56,945 nucleotides of DNA from Anaeramoeba ignava BMAN (taxonomy: Eukaryota > Protista > Anaeramoebae). The notes beneath the pieces were generated by a model, which saw only the letters and a list, made by a program, of their open reading frames with translations, was not told where the DNA came from and made no database searches. The position numbers and the translations under genes are program-made. Where the stretch lies: positions 1 through 56,945 of the forward strand of contig JAPDFW010000039.1 in assembly GCA_028826165.1 (NCBI GenBank). Reading direction: 5' to 3'. Shown in pieces: positions 52,716 to 56,945 of the stretch (the stretch's first letter is position 1; every line of letters begins with the position of its first letter).

Positions 52716-54309
52716 CATTTTGTTTTCATTTTATTTATTTATCAATAAAACGAATTTATGTTCAAACACTTATTTTTCAATTTTATTTCAATTTTATTTG
52801 ATTTTCATTGATTTATTTTGATTTTCAATTATTTTGAATTAAAACAGAACAAAAAGTAAATCAATATTGAATAAAGTTATTTTATTATATTTTTTATTCA
52901 ATTTAATATAAAATAATTATTTCACTTCAATTGTAAAACAAAATTGAAGTATGTTTTGAATTAATTTACAACATAATTCCATTTAATTTACATTTATTTC
53001 AATTCAAATTTATGTTTAATTTCATTTATAGTTAATTTATAAAGGAAATAAAAAGGAAATTAAAATGGGGTTGGGTTGAAGGAGCATAAGGGGATTAATA
53101 ATAATTTATTCATAATTTATTCATAATTTAATTTATTTTTTATTTTTATTTTTAATTTATGTTTTTAATTTTGAAATTTATTTTTATATTTGATATATAT
53201 ATTTTTAGTATTTTGTAAATTAAAATATTTATAAATAAATATTTATTTTAATTTTATTTAATTTTAATTTAATTTAATTTTGTTTTTTATTAATTTAGAA
53301 TTAATAATCAATTTTTAAAATATAATATATATTTTATCTTCTTTTTCTTCTTCTTCTATTTATTTATTTATTTATTTATTTGCAATTTCATTTTCAATTT
53401 AATTTAATTTTCAATTTCAATTTCATTTTCATTTTACAATTTAATTTCAATTTTCATTTTAATTTTCAATTTAATTTAATTTTAATTCAATTTAATTCAT
53501 ATTTTATATTTTATAAATTAAATAAATAAAATATTTTTAATTGTAATTTATTTTATTTTCATTTTATTTTGTGTGTAAATAAATTTTTGAAAAATCAAAA
53601 ATTAAATTAATAAAATAAAAATAAATTTTGAAAATAATAATTGAATTATTAATAAAATAAAAATATTAGAATTAATTAATTAATTAATTATAAATCAAAA
53701 TTTATTATTATTATTTATTAAAATAAATAAATTTGAAATGAAAAATAATAAATAAAAATGAATATTAATTATATTATATAAATATAATGAATGAATATAT
53801 AATTAATAAAATATATAATAATAAATATCGATTCAAAATATATGTAGTATAAAATGTTTAAAAATAAAAATAAATTTTCAAAAGTATAAATCAAAATAAA
53901 TAATATTTTTATCAACTTTATTTCAATTTATATAAATATAAATCAAAAATAAAAATCAAATTTTATTCTAATTTATATATTTTAAACATTTTTCAATAAT
54001 AAATATTAAATCAAAATATATATTCAAAATTAATATAATAATGGAATCAAGTTTATTATCAATATTATATTAATAAATAATATAATAAATATAATATAAG
54101 AATAATAAATATATTAATAAAAATATATTTTATTAAATATTCTTTTTTTTTGAATTTGATTTTTATTTTGTAATTCTTTTTATATTTTTTAGAATAATTA
54201 TTTATTTATTTTCATTTATTATTTTATTCAAAATTTCATTTTAATTTCATTTACAATTTAATTTATTTTAAATATAATTTAATTTCATTTTCATTTTCAA
54301 TTTCATTTT

Positions 54310-55160
54310 CAATTTAATTTGAATTTGAATTTGAATTTAATTTAATTTGAATTTAATTTGAATTTAATTTGATTTGAATTTGATTTGATTTGAATTTGAA
54401 TTTAATTTGAATTTGAATTTAATTTGAATTTAATTTGATTTGAATTTAATTTAATTTGATTTGAATTTGATTTGAATTTAATTTGAATTTGAATTTAATT
54501 TGAATTTGATTTGAATTTAATTTGAATTTGAATTTGAATTTAATTTGAATTTGATTTTATTTGATTTGAATTTAATTTGGATTTGAATTTAATTTGAATT
54601 CAATTTGAATTTGAATTTGAATTTGAATTTAATTTTAATTTAAATTTAATTTGAATTTAATTTGAATTTGATTTAATTTGAATTTGATTTGATTTGAATT
54701 TAATTTGAATTTGATTTAATTTGAATTTAATTTAATTTTAATTTAATTTGAATTTGAATTTAATTTGAATTTAATTTGAATTTAATTTGAATTTAATTTA
54801 GATTTGAATTTGATTTAATTTGAATTTAATTTGAATTTGAATTTAATTTGAATTTGATTTGAATTTAAATTGAATTTGATTTGAATTTGATTTGAATTTG
54901 ATTTGAATTTAATTTGAATTTGATTTAATTTGAATTTAATTTGAATTTAATTTAATTTGAATTTGATTTTATTTTGAGTTTGAATTTGATTTAAATTTAA
55001 TTTGAATTTGATTTGAATTTGATTTGATTTGAAATTGAAATTGAATTTAATTTGAATTTGATTTGAATTTGAATTTGAATTTGAATTTAGATTTAATTTG
55101 AATTTGAATTTGATTTGATTTGATTTGATTTGAATTTGAATTTAATTTGAATTCATTTAA
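54310..55160. repeat. Degenerate TTTGAA/TTTAA/TTTGA microsatellite (longest of ~10 such tracts)
   Basis: Direct reading; similar tracts near 30000, 32510, 34095, 38230, 41640, 44160, 45545 and 50270. Confidence 0.9.
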
Positions 55161-55270
55161 ATTTTCAATTTAGATTACAATCAACTTTACATAATAAATA
55201 AACACAAAAAAAAATCAATCAATATTCATTTCTGATTTTTATTTTGATTTTTCTTATTATTTTTATTTTG

Positions 55271-56450
55271 AATTCAATTTACAATTAAATTAAATAAATT
55301 CAATTTACAATTAAATTAAAAATAAATTCAATTTACAATTAAATTAAATAAATAATTCAATTTACAATTAAATTAAATAAATAATTCAATTTACAATTAA
55401 ATTAAATAAATTAATTCAATTTACAATTAAATTAAATAAATAATTCAATTTACAATTAAATTAAAATAAATAAATTCAATTTACAATTAAATTAAATAAA
55501 TAAATTCAATTTACAATTAAATCAAATAAATAATTCAATTTACAATTAAATCAAATAAATAAATTCAATTTACAATTAAATTAAATAAATTAAATTCAAT
55601 TTACAATTAAATTAAATAAATTAAATTCAATTTTACAATTAAATTAAATAAATTAAATTCAATTTTACAATTAAATTAAATAAATTAAATTCAATTTTAC
55701 AATTAAATTAAATAAATTAAATTCAATTTTACAATTAAATTAAATAAATTAAATTCAATTTACAATTAAATTAAATAAATTAAATTCAATTTACAATTAA
55801 ATTAAATAAATTAAATTCAATTTACAATTAAATTAAATAAATTAAATTCAATTTACAATTAAATTAAATAATTAATTCAATTTACAATTAAATTAAATAA
55901 ATTCAATTTACAATTAAATTAAATAAATAATTCAATTTACAATTAAATCAATAAATTAATTCAATTTACAATTAAATCAATAAATTAATTCAATTTACAA
56001 TTAAATCAATAAATTAATTCAATTTACAATTAAATCAATAAATTAATTCAATTTACAATTAAATTAAATAAATAATTCAATTTACAATTAAATTAAATAA
56101 ATAATTCAATTTACAATTAAATCAAATAAATAATTCAATTTACAATTAAATTAAATAAATAATTCAATTTACAATTAAATCAAATAAATAATTCAATTTA
56201 CAATTAAATTAAATAAATAATTCAATTTACAATTAAATCAAATAAATTCAATTTACAATTAAATTAAATAAATAATTCAATTTACAATTAAATTAAATAA
56301 ATAAATTCAATTTACAATTAAATCAAATAAATAATTCAATTTACAATTAAATCAAATAAATAATTCAATTTACAATTAAATCAAATAAATAATTCAATTT
56401 ACAATTAAATCAAATAATAATTTAATTCACAATTAAATCAAATTAAATTA
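55271..56450. repeat. ~25-30-bp minisatellite (TTCAATTTACAATTAAAT core)
   Basis: Direct reading. Confidence 0.95.
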
Positions 56451-56794
56451 CATTTTGTTTTCATTTTATTTATTTATCAATAAAATGGATTTATGTTTAA
56501 ACACTTACTTTTCAATTTTATTTCAATTTTATTTGATTTTCATTGATTTATTTTGATTTTTAATTATTTTGAATTAAAACAGAACAAAAAGTAAATATAC
56601 TTTGAATTAAGTTATTTTATTACATTTTTTATTTGATTTAATATAAAATAAGTATTTCATTTTAATTGTAAAACAAAATCGAAGTATGTTTTGAATTAAT
56701 TTACAACATAATTCCATTTAATTCATATTTATTTCAATTCAAATTTAATTCAATTTAGAATAATTTAATTTATAAAAAAAATAAAAAGGAAAAA

Positions 56795-56945
56795 TGGAAG
56801 GGGCATAGGGCAGAGAGTTGAAAAAGGCATAAAGGGGAGCACAAAAGAGGGAGCATAAGAGGGAGGCATAAAGGGGAGGCATAAAGGGCAACAAGGAGGA
56901 GGGAGGCATAAGAGGGGAGGCATAAGAGAGGCATAAAGAGGAACA
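56795..56945 (+). repeat. Purine-rich irregular tandem array with (G/A)GCATAA core running to the window end
   Basis: About 8 GCATA cores plus variants, embedded in G/A runs. Confidence 0.85.

Larger units (their letters stand above)
44870..56790. repeat. Three tandem ~3.5-4.6-kb higher-order units (module B, TTGAAT-type microsatellite, D module, 25-30-bp minisatellite, C module)
   Basis: D landmark GATTACAATCAACTTTACATAAT lies near 45672, 50644 and 55173 (also 34348). C landmark GGGTTGAAG..GCATAA..GGG lies near 49012 and 53073 (also 36984). Confidence 0.85.

Overview
Extremely AT-rich eukaryotic DNA, most likely from a microbial eukaryote; the species cannot be assigned from this window. 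It opens with the 3' part of one rDNA unit: 5.8S (~38-213), a very short ITS2 and an uninterrupted 28S (~291-3930). The remaining ~53 kb is satellite and modular repeat DNA with no second rDNA unit, ending in a purine-rich GGCATAA array. Two young DNA transposons sit in the same ~171-bp satellite. TE1 (7972-11174) is a pogo/Fot1-type DD35D element with perfect 28-bp TIRs and a TA TSD; its intact transposase is fused to a C-terminal Ulp1/SENP-like (C48) protease domain. TE2 (26551-28931) is a Mutator-like element with perfect 54-bp TIRs and an 8-bp TSD; its transposase is split only by three homopolymer frameshifts. Less obvious structure includes candidate TA-flanked CAG(A/T)C ends that could bracket 10-19 kb of satellite as giant non-autonomous elements, and a five-copy ~87-bp array. 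Two unrelated GC-rich long hairpins (20341-20513, 30901-31048) share an upstream CCCGCC..GTTAACA..ACTYAC motif set. All alignments were made by eye, repeat boundaries are approximate, and several satellite stretches look like noisy long-read consensus.
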